NCBI GenBank assembly: GCA_963835005.1
Contig: CAWIEA010000001.1
Span: 70,336-134,335 of the forward strand
Reading direction: 5' to 3'
Length of the DNA: 64,000 nt
DNA from: an uncultured Acidimicrobiia bacterium
Lineage (GTDB): Bacteria; Actinomycetota; Acidimicrobiia; IMCC26256; JAENVU01
Numbering within the stretch: the first letter of the stretch is position 1; each line of letters begins with the position of its first letter. The notes under the pieces were generated by a model, which was given only the letters and a program-made list of their open reading frames with translations, was not told the DNA's origin and searched no databases. The translations under genes were made by a program, and so were the position numbers. Positions 31,165-43,176 of the stretch are shown here, in pieces.

Positions 31165-32097
31165 TCAGGTTCCGGCGAGCCGATCGACGACCGGTGCGAA
31201 CTGCTCGAAGATGTCGTCGCCGATCACCACGTAGCTGACGCCCCACCGTTCGCGCCGCGCGACCAGCTGATCGCAGATCTCGTCGATCGTCCCGATGCAG
31301 GTGATGCCGGCCTCGAGCGCGTCCTCCGGCGTCATGTCGAACCCGGGCGCGGCGGCCTCGGCCAGCGCCTTCCGATCGTCGGTGATCGCAGCGAAGAAGT
31401 ACCGGATCTGCAGCTCGAGGTCGTCGAAGCGCGCGCCGGCACCCTCCTTGATCCAGCCGACCTTCTCGTCGACCTTCTCGGCCAGCGAGTCCGCGGCCGC
31501 GTCGTTCGTGACCGCGCCCGCCCGGAGGTTCGGGTTGATGCCGACGATGTCGGCCTCCCGCCCGGCAAGGCGCAGCACCCGCGGGCCACCGCCCCCGATC
31601 AGGATCGGCGGGGGCTGCTGGGTCGGCTTCGGGATCCCGTCGTACTCCGTGATCGTGTAGTGGTCGCCGGAGAAGCTGAACGCCCCCGGGCCCCACGATC
31701 CCTTGATGACGGCGAGCCCTTCCTCGAGCCGGTCGATCCGAACCCCGGCCGAGTCGTACGGGATGCCGAGGGCGTCGTAGTCGGTCTTCATCCACCCCGC
31801 GCCGATGCCGAGCTCGACCCGGCCGTCGGACAGGCGGTCGAGGGTGGCGATCTCCTTGGCGAGGATCGCGGGGTGCTTGTAGTCGTTGTCGAAGACGAGT
31901 GCGCCGACGCGCAGGGTCTTCGTCGCCTCGGCTGCGACCGCCATGCCGACGAGCGGCGCCATCTGCGTCTCGATGAAGTGGTCGGGCAGGTACAGCGTCG
32001 CGTAGCCGAGCGCCTCGACCTTGCGCGCGAGCTGCTCGAAGTCGGCGCGGTCACGGTCGCCACCGCACTGCACCCCGAACCGGAACGGCTTCACCAT
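31165..32097 (-). CDS. F420-dependent LLM-class oxidoreductase
   Basis: PFRFG, PDH, NDYKHPAILAKE, GRVELGIGAGW. Confidence 0.9.
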   Translation of the reverse strand: MVKPFRFGVQCGGDRDRADFEQLARKVEALGYATLYLPDHFIETQMAPLVGMAVAAEATKTLRVGALVFDNDYKHPAILAKEIATLDRLSDGRVELGIGAGWMKTDYDALGIPYDSAGVRIDRLEEGLAVIKGSWGPGAFSFSGDHYTITEYDGIPKPTQQPPPILIGGGGPRVLRLAGREADIVGINPNLRAGAVTNDAAADSLAEKVDEKVGWIKEGAGARFDDLELQIRYFFAAITDDRKALAEAAAPGFDMTPEDALEAGITCIGTIDEICDQLVARRERWGVSYVVIGDDIFEQFAPVVDRLAGT

Positions 32098-32127
32098 CGG
32101 ATCGTCTCCTGTCCCTGGGTCACGGCG

Positions 32128-33069
32128 TCATTTCCCGGCGAGCCGGGCCACGATCGGCGCCAGCGCGTCGACGAACTCCTCGTCGACGACCACGTAGCTC
32201 ATGTCCCACCGCTCGCGGCGGGCCTCGACCTGCTCGACGATGGCGTCCTCGGTCCCCACCAATACCGCCGGCGTCTCGAGAGCAACCGCTTCCGGCACGC
32301 CGAAGTGTCCTGCGATGCCCGCGGCGATCGCGCTTGCGTCGTCGGTGACGTGCACGAAGCCGGTGAGGGTCTGGATCTCGAGATCGGCGTAGCGGTCTCC
32401 CGCGGCCTCACGCAGCCGCACGAGCTTCTCGTCGGTGGCGGCGCCGGTCAACGAACGCACCGAGTCGGGGTGCTCACCGGAGCCGGCGCGGAGGTTCGCG
32501 TTGATGCCGACGATCTGCGCGTGCTTCGCGGCGAGGGCGAGGATCTTCGGGCCACCGCCGCCGACGACGATCGGCGGGTGCGGACGCTGCACCGGCTTCG
32601 GCTCACCGTCGAGACCGTCGATCGTGTAGTGCTCGCCGTGGAACGTGAACGGGCCGTCGGCCATGAGACCCTTGAGGACGGTCAGCGACTCGTCCAGCCG
32701 GGCGATGCGGGTGCCGGCCGAGTCGAGCGGAAAGCCGCCCTGCTCGTAGTCGGCGGTCATCCATCCCGCGCCGACGCCGAGCTCGAGCCGGCCGTCGGAC
32801 AGGAGGTCGATGGTCGCAGCCTCGTTCGCGAGGACGACGGGGTGCTTGTAGTCGTTGCCGAGCACGAGCGTCCCGACCCGCAGCGTCGTGGTCGCGGCCG
32901 CCGCGGCCATGATCCCGGGGATCGGCGCGAGCGGATGGTCGACGAAGTGGTCGGGCATGTAGAAGGTCGAGTAGCCGAGATCCTCGATCTTCCGGGCGTA
33001 GTCGCGGAACTCGGTCGCCGAGCGGGCCCGCTTCGAGATCACGCCGAAGCGGAACGGTCTCGTCGTCAT
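32128..33069 (-). CDS. F420-dependent LLM-class oxidoreductase, tandem paralog of 31165-32097
   Basis: PFRFG, PDH, NDYKHPVVLANE, GRLELGVGAGW. Confidence 0.9.
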   Translation of the reverse strand: MTTRPFRFGVISKRARSATEFRDYARKIEDLGYSTFYMPDHFVDHPLAPIPGIMAAAAATTTLRVGTLVLGNDYKHPVVLANEAATIDLLSDGRLELGVGAGWMTADYEQGGFPLDSAGTRIARLDESLTVLKGLMADGPFTFHGEHYTIDGLDGEPKPVQRPHPPIVVGGGGPKILALAAKHAQIVGINANLRAGSGEHPDSVRSLTGAATDEKLVRLREAAGDRYADLEIQTLTGFVHVTDDASAIAAGIAGHFGVPEAVALETPAVLVGTEDAIVEQVEARRERWDMSYVVVDEEFVDALAPIVARLAGK

Positions 33070-33073
33070 GTCC

Positions 33074-33508
33074 TCACCTTCCACTGCTCCCGAACCCGAA
33101 CGTGTCGCGTGCGGTCTCGTCCAGTGAGTCGACGAGCGCGAAGTCGACGTACTCGACCTTCTGGATCACCAGCTGCGCGATGCGATCGCCCCGGCGGACG
33201 TCGTAGTCGGCGCTCGGGTCGGTGTTGACCATCAGGACCTTCAGCTCGCCCCGGTACTGGGCATCGATGAGGCCCGGGGTGTTCAGGAGCGAGACGCCGT
33301 GCTTCATGGCGAGCCCCGAGCGGGGCAGGACCAAGCCGGCGTAGCCGGACGGGATCGCGACCGCGAGCCCGGTCGGGACGAGCACCCGGCCGCCCGCGGC
33401 GGGGAGACGGGCGTCTTCGCGCGCGCACAGGTCGTAGCCCGCGTCGTCGTGGTGGGCCTGGGCCGGGAGGGGGGCGTCCGGGTCCAGGCGGGTGATCCGC
33501 ACCTGCAC
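33074..33508 (-). CDS. dut: dUTP diphosphatase
   Basis: DAGYDL, PRSGLA, GLIDAQYRGE, RIAQL, RDTFGFGSSG. Confidence 0.95.
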   Translation of the reverse strand: MQVRITRLDPDAPLPAQAHHDDAGYDLCAREDARLPAAGGRVLVPTGLAVAIPSGYAGLVLPRSGLAMKHGVSLLNTPGLIDAQYRGELKVLMVNTDPSADYDVRRGDRIAQLVIQKVEYVDFALVDSLDETARDTFGFGSSGR

Positions 33509-33601
33509 CCGCCGGACACTACGCGCCTCGACCGACGCCCCGGCACTTTGGCGTCGCGTCGGACCCGTGGCCGGTCCCACGCGACGCCACAGTGACAAGG
33601 G

Positions 33602-34183
33602 TCAGGCGGCGAAGTCGCCGACGAGCTCGGCGCGCTGGTCCTCGTCGAGGTCGACCCGCTGGTCGTACTCCGAGTGGTCGACCACGATCGCGACCGGGCC
33701 GTCCGCGAACGCAGCCCGCTGCGCCTCGGTGAAGCGGAACCGCAGGTAGTGCACGGTCGTCGTGATCTCGTCCTCGCGGGTCAGCCGCTCGAGGTCGATC
33801 TCCTCCGCCCGCACCTCCTCGCCCGCCACCTCGATCGCGATGTGGTGCTGGATCCGGGTGAGCCGGGGGAGCCACTCGCGCAGCGCATCCGTGTCGGTGA
33901 TCTCGATGAAGAGCGTGCCGACGAGCTCACCGTCCTCGGGGACGAGCTCGTTGTACGTCTCGATCTCCTGTGCGATCTGCTCGTCCCGCAGCATCCGCTC
34001 GGCGCGCGCCATCTCCTGGATCTGGAAGCGCATCGTCGTCGCGTTCTCGAACACGATCGTCATGAGATCGCCGAGCGCGATCCGACGCTTCTTCTTCATC
34101 GAGATGATCTCGGACCGGAACGCGTCGCGCTCGCGCTCGTACTCGCGCAGGTCCTTGATGTCGGCGTGGGTCAGCTTCCTCAC
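33602..34183 (-). CDS. DUF3501 family protein
   Basis: KKKRRI, FEN, QIQEM, YNELVP, TLFIE; lies next to rubrerythrin. Confidence 0.88.
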   Translation of the reverse strand: MRKLTHADIKDLREYERERDAFRSEIISMKKKRRIALGDLMTIVFENATTMRFQIQEMARAERMLRDEQIAQEIETYNELVPEDGELVGTLFIEITDTDALREWLPRLTRIQHHIAIEVAGEEVRAEEIDLERLTREDEITTTVHYLRFRFTEAQRAAFADGPVAIVVDHSEYDQRVDLDEDQRAELVGDFAA

Positions 34184-34260
34184 GTCGCCTCCTTCGGTTG
34201 AGCAGCGAAGCGGCCCCGGGTCAATCCCCGGGGCCGCGTCGTCGAACGGGGTCGGTGCGG

Positions 34261-34680
<420 letters not shown>

Positions 34681-34777
34681 TCCTGCGCTCCTTGTGCTGG
34701 GTGTGACTGGTTCGGACGGGTGGGGACTCGGACGTTCGTGGACGGGTCGGTCGGCGGACGAAGGGCTCGGGGTCGCG

Positions 34778-35206
34778 TCAGCCGGCGGCCAGGGTGGCGC
34801 AGTCGTTGCACACACCCCGGAAGATCACGTCGACCGCGTCGGCGCGGAACTCCTTGCGGTACCGGGGCGACAGCTTCGGCACCCCGGTGACCTCGACGTC
34901 GTGCACGAGTCCGCAGGACGAGCAGACGACGTGGTGATGGTCGGCCTCGACGTTGGGGTCGACGCGGACGCTGCCGGTCCCGAGGTCGAGCAGGCTGACC
35001 TGACCGAGCGCCTCGAGGTCGTGCACCGTCTGGTACACGGTCTTCAGCGAGATCGTCGGCATGTCGGCCCGGGCCGCCTCGTGCAGCGCGTCGACCGTCG
35101 GGTGGCGGTCGTTCCCGTGCAGCAGGCGGAAGATCGCCTGGCGCTGCGGGGTCACTCGGAGGCCCCGGTCTCGGAAGAGCGTCGTCAGCTCGTCACTGGT
35201 CTGCAT
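34778..35206 (-). CDS. Fur/PerR family transcriptional regulator
   Basis: [25 protein letters not shown]. Confidence 0.92.
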   Translation of the reverse strand: MQTSDELTTLFRDRGLRVTPQRQAIFRLLHGNDRHPTVDALHEAARADMPTISLKTVYQTVHDLEALGQVSLLDLGTGSVRVDPNVEADHHHVVCSSCGLVHDVEVTGVPKLSPRYRKEFRADAVDVIFRGVCNDCATLAAG

Positions 35207-35219
35207 GGGTCGAAGCATC

Positions 35220-35259
35220 TTATCGACAATGATTGTCGTTTGCAAGCGGTTGTCGATAA
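35220..35259. promoter_or_regulatory. putative Fur/PerR operator
   Basis: AT-rich; 7-1-7 palindrome cgacaat-g-attgtcg (35224-35238) and ttatcgacaa/ttgtcgataa inverted pair just upstream of the Fur-family gene. Confidence 0.7.
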
Positions 35260-35271
35260 GTAAGGGGACCC

Positions 35272-36778
35272 TTACCGGGCCTGGCGGGCGAGGTACGCCT
35301 CGCGGAGCTTGGGCTTGCGGACCTTCCCGTTCGGGTCCCGGGGCAGCTCGTCGACGAGCTCGACGATCCGCGGTCGCTTGTAGTCCGCCATGTGCTCGCG
35401 GACGTGCGCCACCACCCCGTCCGCGTCGAGCGCCGAGCCGATCGTCGGTTGGACGATCGCGTAGAGCACCTCACCCCACTCGTCGTCGGGGACGCCGAGC
35501 ACCGCGCAGTCGACGATCTCGTCGTGGTCGAGGAGGCACTCCTCGATCTCGCGCGGGTACACGTTCACGCCACCCGTGATCACCATGTCGCTCTTGCGAT
35601 CGGTGAGGTACAGGTAGCCGTCCTCGTCGACGTAGCCCGCGTCGCCCACGGTGAAGAACTGTTCGCGGTGGGTCGCCGCGGTCTTCTCGGCGTCGTTGTG
35701 GTACTCGAAGCTGGAGTCGGCGGGGTTCACCCAGAGCGTGCCGACCTCTCCGGGCGGCAGCTCGTTCCCGTCGTCGTCGAGGATCGCGAACACGGTGCCG
35801 GGGAACGGGCGCCCCACGCTGCCGGGGTGCTCGACCCACTCCTGCGGGGAGATGACGGTGCCGCCACCCTCCGACGCGCCGTAGTACTCCCAGACCTTCT
35901 CCGCGCCGACGAAGTCCATGAACGCGCGCTTCACCGGCACCGGGCACGGCGCGGCGGCGTGCAGCACCAGCTTCAGGCTCGAGAGGTCGGCGCGCTCGCG
36001 CACGTCGTCGGGCAGGGCGAGGAGGCGCTGGAAGTTCGCGGGGACCATGTGGGTGCTCGTCACGCCGTCCCGCTCGATGATCTGCAGCGCCTCGGCCGCG
36101 TCCCACTTCGGCATCACGATCACCGTCGCACCGAGCGCGAGGTGCATCTGCGACCAGTACAGCGGGCCCGAGTGGTACAGCGGGCCGACCGCGAGGTGCA
36201 CGTCCTCGTGCGTGAGGCCCCACCGCTCCCCACCCGCACCGACGCCCGCGGCCCGGCGGCGGAAGTCGTCCTTCCCGATCGCCACGCCCTTCGGCCGGCC
36301 CGTGGTCCCCGACGTGTACGCCATCGTCGTGGGCCAGCCGTCACCGATGACCTCGTCCGGCGTCGACCTCCCCGTCGGGCGCGGCGGCCAGCGCCTCCTC
36401 GTACCCGTCGCCGACCACGAGCCGGGGGACGTCGGGGACCTGGTCGAGCGCGGCGACGAGCGAACGGTGCGACGACGACCGCCGTCGCACCGGAGTCGGA
36501 GACGACCCAGCCGGCCTCGTCCGCCTTGAAGTGGACGTTGACCGGCACGACGATCGCTCCGAGCCGACCCGCGCCGTGCATCGCCTCGAAGAACTCGATC
36601 GAGTTCGGGATCATCACCGCGACGCGGTCGCCGCGGCGCACGCCGAGGCCATGGAGGACCTGGGCGACCCGCGCGCGCGCGGTCGTCGAGCTCGCGCGTA
36701 CGTGCGTTCGTCGTCGCCGAGTCGCAGCGCGACCTGGTCGGGGCGGACACGGGCCTGGGCGAGAACACCGGCTTCCAT
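35272..36778 (-). CDS. acyl-CoA synthetase (AMP-binding), 5' frameshifts
   Basis: YTSGTTGRPKG, YYGASE, TVGD, DRKSDMVITGGVNVYP, NGKV. Confidence 0.92.
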
Positions 36779-36785
36779 GCGTGAC

Positions 36786-37119
36786 ATGATGCCCCGCGTG
36801 ACGGAACCGGAGCTGGGGCCGATCGCGACGGAGGTCGTCTACGAGGACGATCACGTCCGGATCTGGACCCACATGCTCGAGCCCGGCCAGGCCGGACCGC
36901 TCCACCGCCACGAGCTCGACTACGTGATCGTCGACGTCGCCGGCGACCGCATCGCGGCCGAGCCGCTCGCCGGGCAGCGGCGGCGACTACAACGAGTACA
37001 TCGAGGCGCCGGTGAAGCGCGGGCGGGGCACCTACCTCCGGGCCGGTGGCATCGAGCGGGCGATCAACGTCGGCGAGACGCCGTACCGCACCGTGATCGT
37101 CGAGCTGAAGCACCCGTAG
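36786..37119 (+). CDS. small cupin-domain protein (frameshifted)
   Basis: VYEDDHVRIW...LEPGQ...HRHELDY...NVGETPYRTVIVELK. Confidence 0.75.
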
Positions 37120-37135
37120 GCGGAGGCCGCGGCCC

Positions 37136-38594
37136 ATGGGACTGCTCGTCGGCGACGTCCTGCGCCGCGCCGCGCAGGTCACCCCGGACGCGACCGGCGG
37201 CCACGATGGACGACTGGGTCGTGACGTTCGCCCAGCTCGACGCGGCATCCAACCGCGCCGCGCGCGCGCTGCGCGAGCTGGGGATCGGGCACGGCGACCG
37301 TGTCATCTGGTGGGGCGACACCGACCCTGGCGGTGCCTGCCGGTCTTCGGTGGGCTGGCGAAGCTCGGCGCCGTGTTCGCGCCGGTCAACGGCCGGCTCG
37401 AACGTCGGCGAGGCCCGAGCGATCTTCGACCTGGCCCGGCCGGCGCTCGTCGTGACCGACACGGAACGGGCCGAGCAGCTCGGCGACCTCGCTGTCCCGA
37501 CCGCGATCACGACGGACCTCGTGGCGCACACCCGCGAGGAGAGCGATGTCGACGAGGCCGCGCTCGACGAGCGCGATCCGCACGTCATCTTCTTCACCAG
37601 CGGCAGCACCGGCGTGCCGAAGGGGGTCGTGCTCTCCCACCGGGTCAACTGCCTCCGCAGCTTCCCCGCGCTCGGCGCACAGCGCGACGGCGGGACGGTC
37701 TGCATGTTCCCGCTGTTCCACATGGCCGGGTGGTCGCTCGCGCTCGGCGCCTGGCAGGCCCGACGGGCCATCCACCTCGTGCACACTCCCGACGCGCCGA
37801 CGCTCCTCGGCGTCGCCGAGCGCCGCCGCGCGACTCGCATCTACGCGATCCCCGCGGTGTGGGCTCGCATCCTCGACCACGGCGTCGACGGGTACGACCT
37901 CGGCGAGCTGCGCGAGGCCGACACCGGGACCTCGGCGACGCCACCCGAGCTCGTCGACGCGATCCGCGCCGCGCTGCCGGATGTGGAGATCCGAATCTTC
38001 TACGGGTCGACCGAGGCCGGGCCCGGCACCGTGCTCGGCCATGCCAGGACCTTGCCCGCAAGCCCGGGCGCGTCGGACTCCCCCAGCCCGGCGTCGAGCT
38101 CCGGCTCGGCGACGACGGCGAGGTGTGCCTGCGCGGCGAGCTGCTGATGGACGGCTACTTCGAGGATCCCGAGGCGACGGCCGCCGCGCTCGACGAGGGC
38201 GGCTGGTACCACTCCGGCGACCTCGGCGTGCTCGACGACGAGGGGTACCTCTCGATCGTCGGCCGGGTCCGCGACGTGCTGCGGACCGGGGGCGAGACCG
38301 TCGCGCCGACCGAGGTGGAGCGGGCCCTCGCCGACCACCCCGCGATCGCCGAGGTGGCGGTCGTCGGTCTCCCTGACGCCGAGTGGGGCGAGCTCGTCTG
38401 CGCCGCCATCGTGCTCCGCCCCGGCGCCACCGCCCCGACCGTGGACGACCTCCGGGGCCACTGCGAGGGCCGCCTGGCCGGGCTTCAAGCACCCCCGCCG
38501 GGTGGCGGTCGTGGCCGCCCTCCCCCGCACCGCGGCCACCGGCCAGGTCCAGCGGACCCTCATCGTCGAGCGCATCGCCGCCGGTCTGGAATAA
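37136..38594 (+). CDS. acyl-CoA synthetase (AMP-binding), frameshifted
   Basis: FTSGSTGVPKG, YGSTE, HSGDLG, GRVRDVLRTGGE. Confidence 0.88.
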
Positions 38595-38604
38595 GGTTCC
38601 GGGC

Positions 38605-39204
38605 GTGGAGAACCTCGTTTCGACGCTCGCCGACCGATCCCTGGCCGAGCGCCACGAGACCTACGCCGCCGAGATCCGGACGCTGCTCGACGCCGCGCTC
38701 ACGGTCATGCGCGGCGACGGCACCATCGATCCCGCGGGTCAGCGACATCGTCCGGACCGCGGGCCTGAGCAACCAGGCCTTCTACCGCCACTTCCGGGGC
38801 AAGGACGAGCTGCTCGTCGCGCTGCTCGACGACGGCCGCCAGCGCCTGCTCGCCACGATCGAGCGCCGCATGGCGCGTGCCGACGGCGACGCCGCGAAGG
38901 TGCAGGCCTGGATCGAAGTCGTGCTCGCGCAGGCGCGCGACCCGGAGGCCGCGGCCGCGACCCGACCGTTCGCGGTCAACGGCGACCGGCTCGCGGTGAA
39001 GTTCCCCGACGAGACGCGCCGTTCGCGCGACCGGCTGGTGGACCCGCTGCGCGCGATCGTCGGCGACGCGAGCGGGCGACGCGGTGTACCACCTGGCGAT
39101 GGGGACCGTGCACGACGCGCTCGTCACGCCGCGAGGCGCCGACGCGCGCCGACGTCGACCGGATCGTGGAGTTCGCACTTCGGGGGTGTGGTCTTGGAAC
39201 GTGA
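38605..39204 (+). CDS. TetR family regulator (frameshifted)
   Basis: VSDIVRTAGLSNQAFYRHFRGKDELL helix-turn-helix. Confidence 0.85.
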   Translation: MENLVSTLADRSLAERHETYAAEIRTLLDAALTVMRGDGTIDPAGQRHRPDRGPEQPGLLPPLPGQGRAARRAARRRPPAPARHDRAPHGACRRRRREGAGLDRSRARAGARPGGRGRDPTVRGQRRPARGEVPRRDAPFARPAGGPAARDRRRRERATRCTTWRWGPCTTRSSRREAPTRADVDRIVEFALRGCGLGT

Positions 39205-39755
39205 GCTGCTGGTCACCGGGATCGGCGGACAGGGGGTCCAGCTCGCCGCCCAGGTGCTCGCGCGCGGCGCGACGCTCGAGGGCAAGCACGTGATGCTCTT
39301 CGGCGTGTACGCCGGCGCGATGCGCGGAATGAACACGGATGCGACCGTCGTGATCGGTGACGGTCCGCTGCAGTCGCCGCCGCTGATCTCGCACACGTGG
39401 TCGGCGATCGGCATGCACGACAAGTTCTGGGAGCCGGTCGCGCGCAAGCTGCGCGACGACGCGCTCGATCCTGGTCAACGACGCCACGTTCGAGACCGAG
39501 CTCGACGACAACCGGTACCGGGTGCTGCGGGTCCCCGCCACCGACACCGCCGACGCGCTGGGCAACCCGCTCGGCGGCTCGATGGTGATGGCGGGCGCGT
39601 ACGCCGCGGTCAGCGGACTCGTCGGGCTCGACGCGCTGGTCGAGGGGATGCGGGAGTCGATCCCGCCGTACCGGACCCAGCACATCGCCGCGAACGAGAC
39701 CGCCATCGGCGCGGGCTTCGAATGGGGCGCAGACCGGAAGTCGGTGTCGGCATGA
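39194..39755 (+). CDS. 2-oxoacid:ferredoxin oxidoreductase gamma subunit
   Basis: TGIGGQGVQL, YAGAMRG, N-x-x-A; frameshift near 39465. Confidence 0.85.
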
Positions 39756-40016
39756 GCGGGCCCGTGACGAAGAGCAAGGGCACGGTCACGATCGCGGTCG
39801 AGGTGTGCAAGGGGTGCGAGCTCTGCATCCCCGTCGTGCCCCCCGACGTGCTGACGATGAGCACCGCCGTGAACCACCTCGGCTACCACTACCCCGAGCT
39901 GGCGGACGGGTGCACCGGCTGCGCGGCCTGCCTGCTGATCTGCCCCGACTTCGTCTTCGAGGTCTTCCGCGAGCCGCGGCAGCCGAGGCGCCTCGACCGC
40001 AGGAGCGTCGGCATGA
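39752..40016 (+). CDS. 2x[4Fe-4S] ferredoxin (OFOR delta subunit)
   Basis: CKGCELC and CTGCAACLLICPD. Confidence 0.85.
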
Positions 40017-41122
40017 AGCTCATGGAGGGTTCGGAGGCGATCGCGGAGGCCGCGATCGCGGCCGGCTGCCGGTTCTTCGCCGGGTACCCGATGACGCCGT
40101 TCACCGAGCTGCTCGAGCACTTCGCCAAGCGCCTGCCCGAGGAGGGCGGGGTCTGCATCAACGCCGAGAGCGAGCTCGAGGCCGTCGGCATGGCCTGGGG
40201 TGCGCTCGCAACCGGTGCGCGCGCCGGCGACCGGCTCGACCGGCCAGGGCCTGTCGCTCATGCAGGAGTCGTTCTCGGAGATCACGCTGGCCGAGCTGCC
40301 GCTCGTGATCTTCAACATGGCCCGCGGGCAGCAGGACTACTACCAGTCGACGCGCGGCGGTGGGCACGGCGACTACCGCCACATCGTGCTCGCGCCGATG
40401 GACATCGCCGAGGCGGTCGAGATGACCCAGCTCGCGTTCCACCTCGCCGACAAGTGGCGCACCCCGGTGCTCGTCTACGGCGACTACCTCACCGCGCACA
40501 TCCAGCAGGCGGTCGACATCGCAGCCGATGACGTTCCCCGACCCGCTGCCGGCCAAGGACTGGGCCCTCGACGGCTCCCTCGGCGGCACCGGGCGATCGC
40601 GGCATCGTGTCCTCGCTCGGGTTCGCGAAGGCGGGGCAGCCGTCGCCGGGCATCGAGCAGCACCTGCGGGCCATGGCCCGGAAGTTCGCCGAGATCGAGG
40701 CGGCCGAGGTCCGGGTCGAGACCGGGAACACCTCCGACGCGGAGACCGTCGTCGTCGCGTTCGGGTCGCCGGGCAAGTTCGTGCGGTACGTCGTGCAGCA
40801 GCTGCGCGACGAGGGCGTGAAGGTCGGCTACGTGCGCCCGATCACGCTCTGGCCGTTCCCGTACGCGGCGGTGGCCGAGGCCGCCGAGGGGGCCGAGCGC
40901 GTCGGCGTCTTCGAGCTCTGCGCGGGCCAGATGATCGACGACGTCCGCCTCGGCGTGCTCGGCCGGGCGCCGGTCGAGGGCATCGGTGGCATCTCGACCG
41001 ACGGGTCGGGCTTCGGCGTCGGTCCCCTGCTCGACGCCGAGCTGATCCGGGAGCGGGTGCTCGCCCTGCATCGCGGCGAGCCCATGCCCGCCCTCCCCGA
41101 CAACGAGAGGATCTTCGCGTGA
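40013..41122 (+). CDS. 2-oxoacid:ferredoxin oxidoreductase alpha subunit (VorB-like, frameshifted)
   Basis: GSEAIAEAA, GYPMTP, ESE, GGGHGDY, RPITLWPFP. Confidence 0.88.
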
Positions 41123-41964
41123 CGGACACGGTCGGGATGAAGCTCGTCGGGCAGCAGAAGCCGGAGCTGCTGCTCACCGAGACGCACCACATGTGCCCCG
41201 GGTGCGGTGAGCCGCTCGCACTGCGCGGCTACCTCGAGGCGATCCAGGAGCTCGGCCTCGGCCAGCGCTCGATCGCGGTCGCCGGGATCGGCTGCTACAC
41301 GAGCTTCTCGATGACCACCGACGTCGATCTCGTGCAGGCGCTGCACGGGCGCGCGCCGTCGGTCGCGACCGGGGTGAAGCGGATGCGCCCCGACTCGGTC
41401 GTCTTCACCGTCCAGGGCGACGGCGACATGGTGAACGAGGGCCTCCAAGAGGTCCTGCACACCGCGGCGCGCGGCGAGGCCGTCACCTGCATCCTCCTGA
41501 ACAACGGGGTGTTCGGTGAGACCGGCGGGCACATGACCGCGACGTCCGTCATCGGGCAGCGCACCAAGAACACGCTCGACGGCCGCGACGCGGACTACCA
41601 CGGCTACCCGATCCTCATCGGCGACCTGCTCGCCCAGCTCGAGGGCGCGGCCTACGTCGCGCGCGGGTCGGTCCACAACGCGGGTGCGGTGGCCCGGACC
41701 AAGCGGATGTTCAAGCGGGCGTTCCAGACCCAGCTCGACGGCGGCTTCTCGTTCGTCGAGGTGCTCACCATGTGCCCGACCGGCTGGTTCATCCCGACCG
41801 CCGAGGGTCCCGGCTACATGAACGACACGCTGGGCGAGGTGCACATCATGGGTGAGCTCAAGGTCGACGGCGTGGTGAAGACGACCGACGAGCTCCACGA
41901 GGAGAACGTGCGCAAGGCCGCGGAGATGGAGCAGGCCCTGGCGCGTGGAGGCATCGAGGACTGA
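41119..41964 (+). CDS. 2-oxoacid:ferredoxin oxidoreductase beta subunit (ThDP-binding)
   Basis: CPGCG, GIGC, HGRA, QGDGD...NNG, CPTGW. Confidence 0.9.
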   Translation: MTDTVGMKLVGQQKPELLLTETHHMCPGCGEPLALRGYLEAIQELGLGQRSIAVAGIGCYTSFSMTTDVDLVQALHGRAPSVATGVKRMRPDSVVFTVQGDGDMVNEGLQEVLHTAARGEAVTCILLNNGVFGETGGHMTATSVIGQRTKNTLDGRDADYHGYPILIGDLLAQLEGAAYVARGSVHNAGAVARTKRMFKRAFQTQLDGGFSFVEVLTMCPTGWFIPTAEGPGYMNDTLGEVHIMGELKVDGVVKTTDELHEENVRKAAEMEQALARGGIED

Positions 41965-43113
41965 TGGACTTCGACTACCCGCCCGAGGCCGAGGCCTTCC
42001 GCAAGGAGTTCCGGGCCTGGCTCGACGAGCACCTCACCGAGGAATTCCGGGGCGAGGGCCTCGGCTTCTCGATGGAGATGGGTCCCGAGCGCGTCGAGGT
42101 GCTGCGCGAGTGGAACCGCAAGCTCGCCGACGCGCGCTTCGCCGCGATCGCTTGGCCCGAGGAGTACGGCGGGCGCGGCGCCGGGATCATGGAGCAGGTC
42201 GTCTTCGCCGAGGAGATGCACCGCGCGAAGGCACCGGGCACGCTCAACCCGCTCGGGCTCTCGAACATCGCCCCGGCCATCATCCAGCACGGGTCGCAGC
42301 AGCAGAAGGAGGAGCTCCTCCCCCGCATGCTGCGCGGCGACGACATCTGGTGCCAGGGCTTCTCCGAGCCGGACGCGGGGAGCGACCTCGCGTCGCTCAA
42401 GACGCTCGGCCGTGCTCGACGGCGACGACTTCGTCGTCAACGGCCAGAAGACGTGGAACACGCTCGGGCACCTCGCCAACTGGTGCGCGCTCCTGGTCCG
42501 GACGGACCCGGAGGCTCCGAAGCACCGCGGCATCTCGTACCTGCTCGTCGACATGCAGCTGCCGGGCGTCGAGGTGCGACCGCTCGTGACGATCACCGGG
42601 GAGAAGGAGTTCAACGAGATCTTCTTCACCGACGTCCGCGTGCCGAAGACGGCCATGCTCGGGCCGCTCCACGAAGGCTGGCGCGTCGCGATGACGACCC
42701 TCGCCTACGAGCGCGGGACCGTCGCCAACCTCCACCTCGGGTTGCGGGCGAAGATCCGCGGCCTCCTCGACGTCGCGCAGGAGAACGGCGCGGCGAGGGA
42801 TCCGGTGCTGCGCCAGGAGCTGGCCCGCCTGTATCTGGAGGGCGAGCTGCTGAAGCTGGTGAGCGAGCGGGCGATCTCCGGCGCGCTCCACGGTCGGGAC
42901 CTCGGCCCCGAGGGGAGCATCGCCAAGCTGGTCTGGAGCGAGACCGAGCAGCACCTCGGCGAGGTCGCCGGCGACGTCCTCGGCGCCGACGCCAACTCGG
43001 GCTCCTGGGGCCGCGACCGCGTCTACATGCGGGCACTCACCATCGCGGGCGGCACCACCCAGGTGAACAAGAACATCCTCGCCACGCGCATCCTCGGACT
43101 CCCCCGGAAGTAG
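41964..43113 (+). CDS. acyl-CoA dehydrogenase family protein (frameshift near 42410)
   Basis: WCQGFSEPDAGSDLA, NGQKTW, IAGGTTQVNKN. Confidence 0.92.
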
Positions 43114-43176
43114 CCACCTCGTTTCGGTGCGACTTCGCGGCGCTCTCGCGCCCAAAACTCGCACCGAAAGGAGGGG

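Noticed and set aside
31165-33069. Tandem F420-LLM paralogs as a novel system
   Set aside because: Expansion of this family is common in Actinobacteria
37136-40531. 1131-aa ORF and apparent ferredoxin-alpha subunit fusion
   Set aside because: Chimera of several genes joined by frame errors; ATGA at 40013-40016 suggests separate coupled genes
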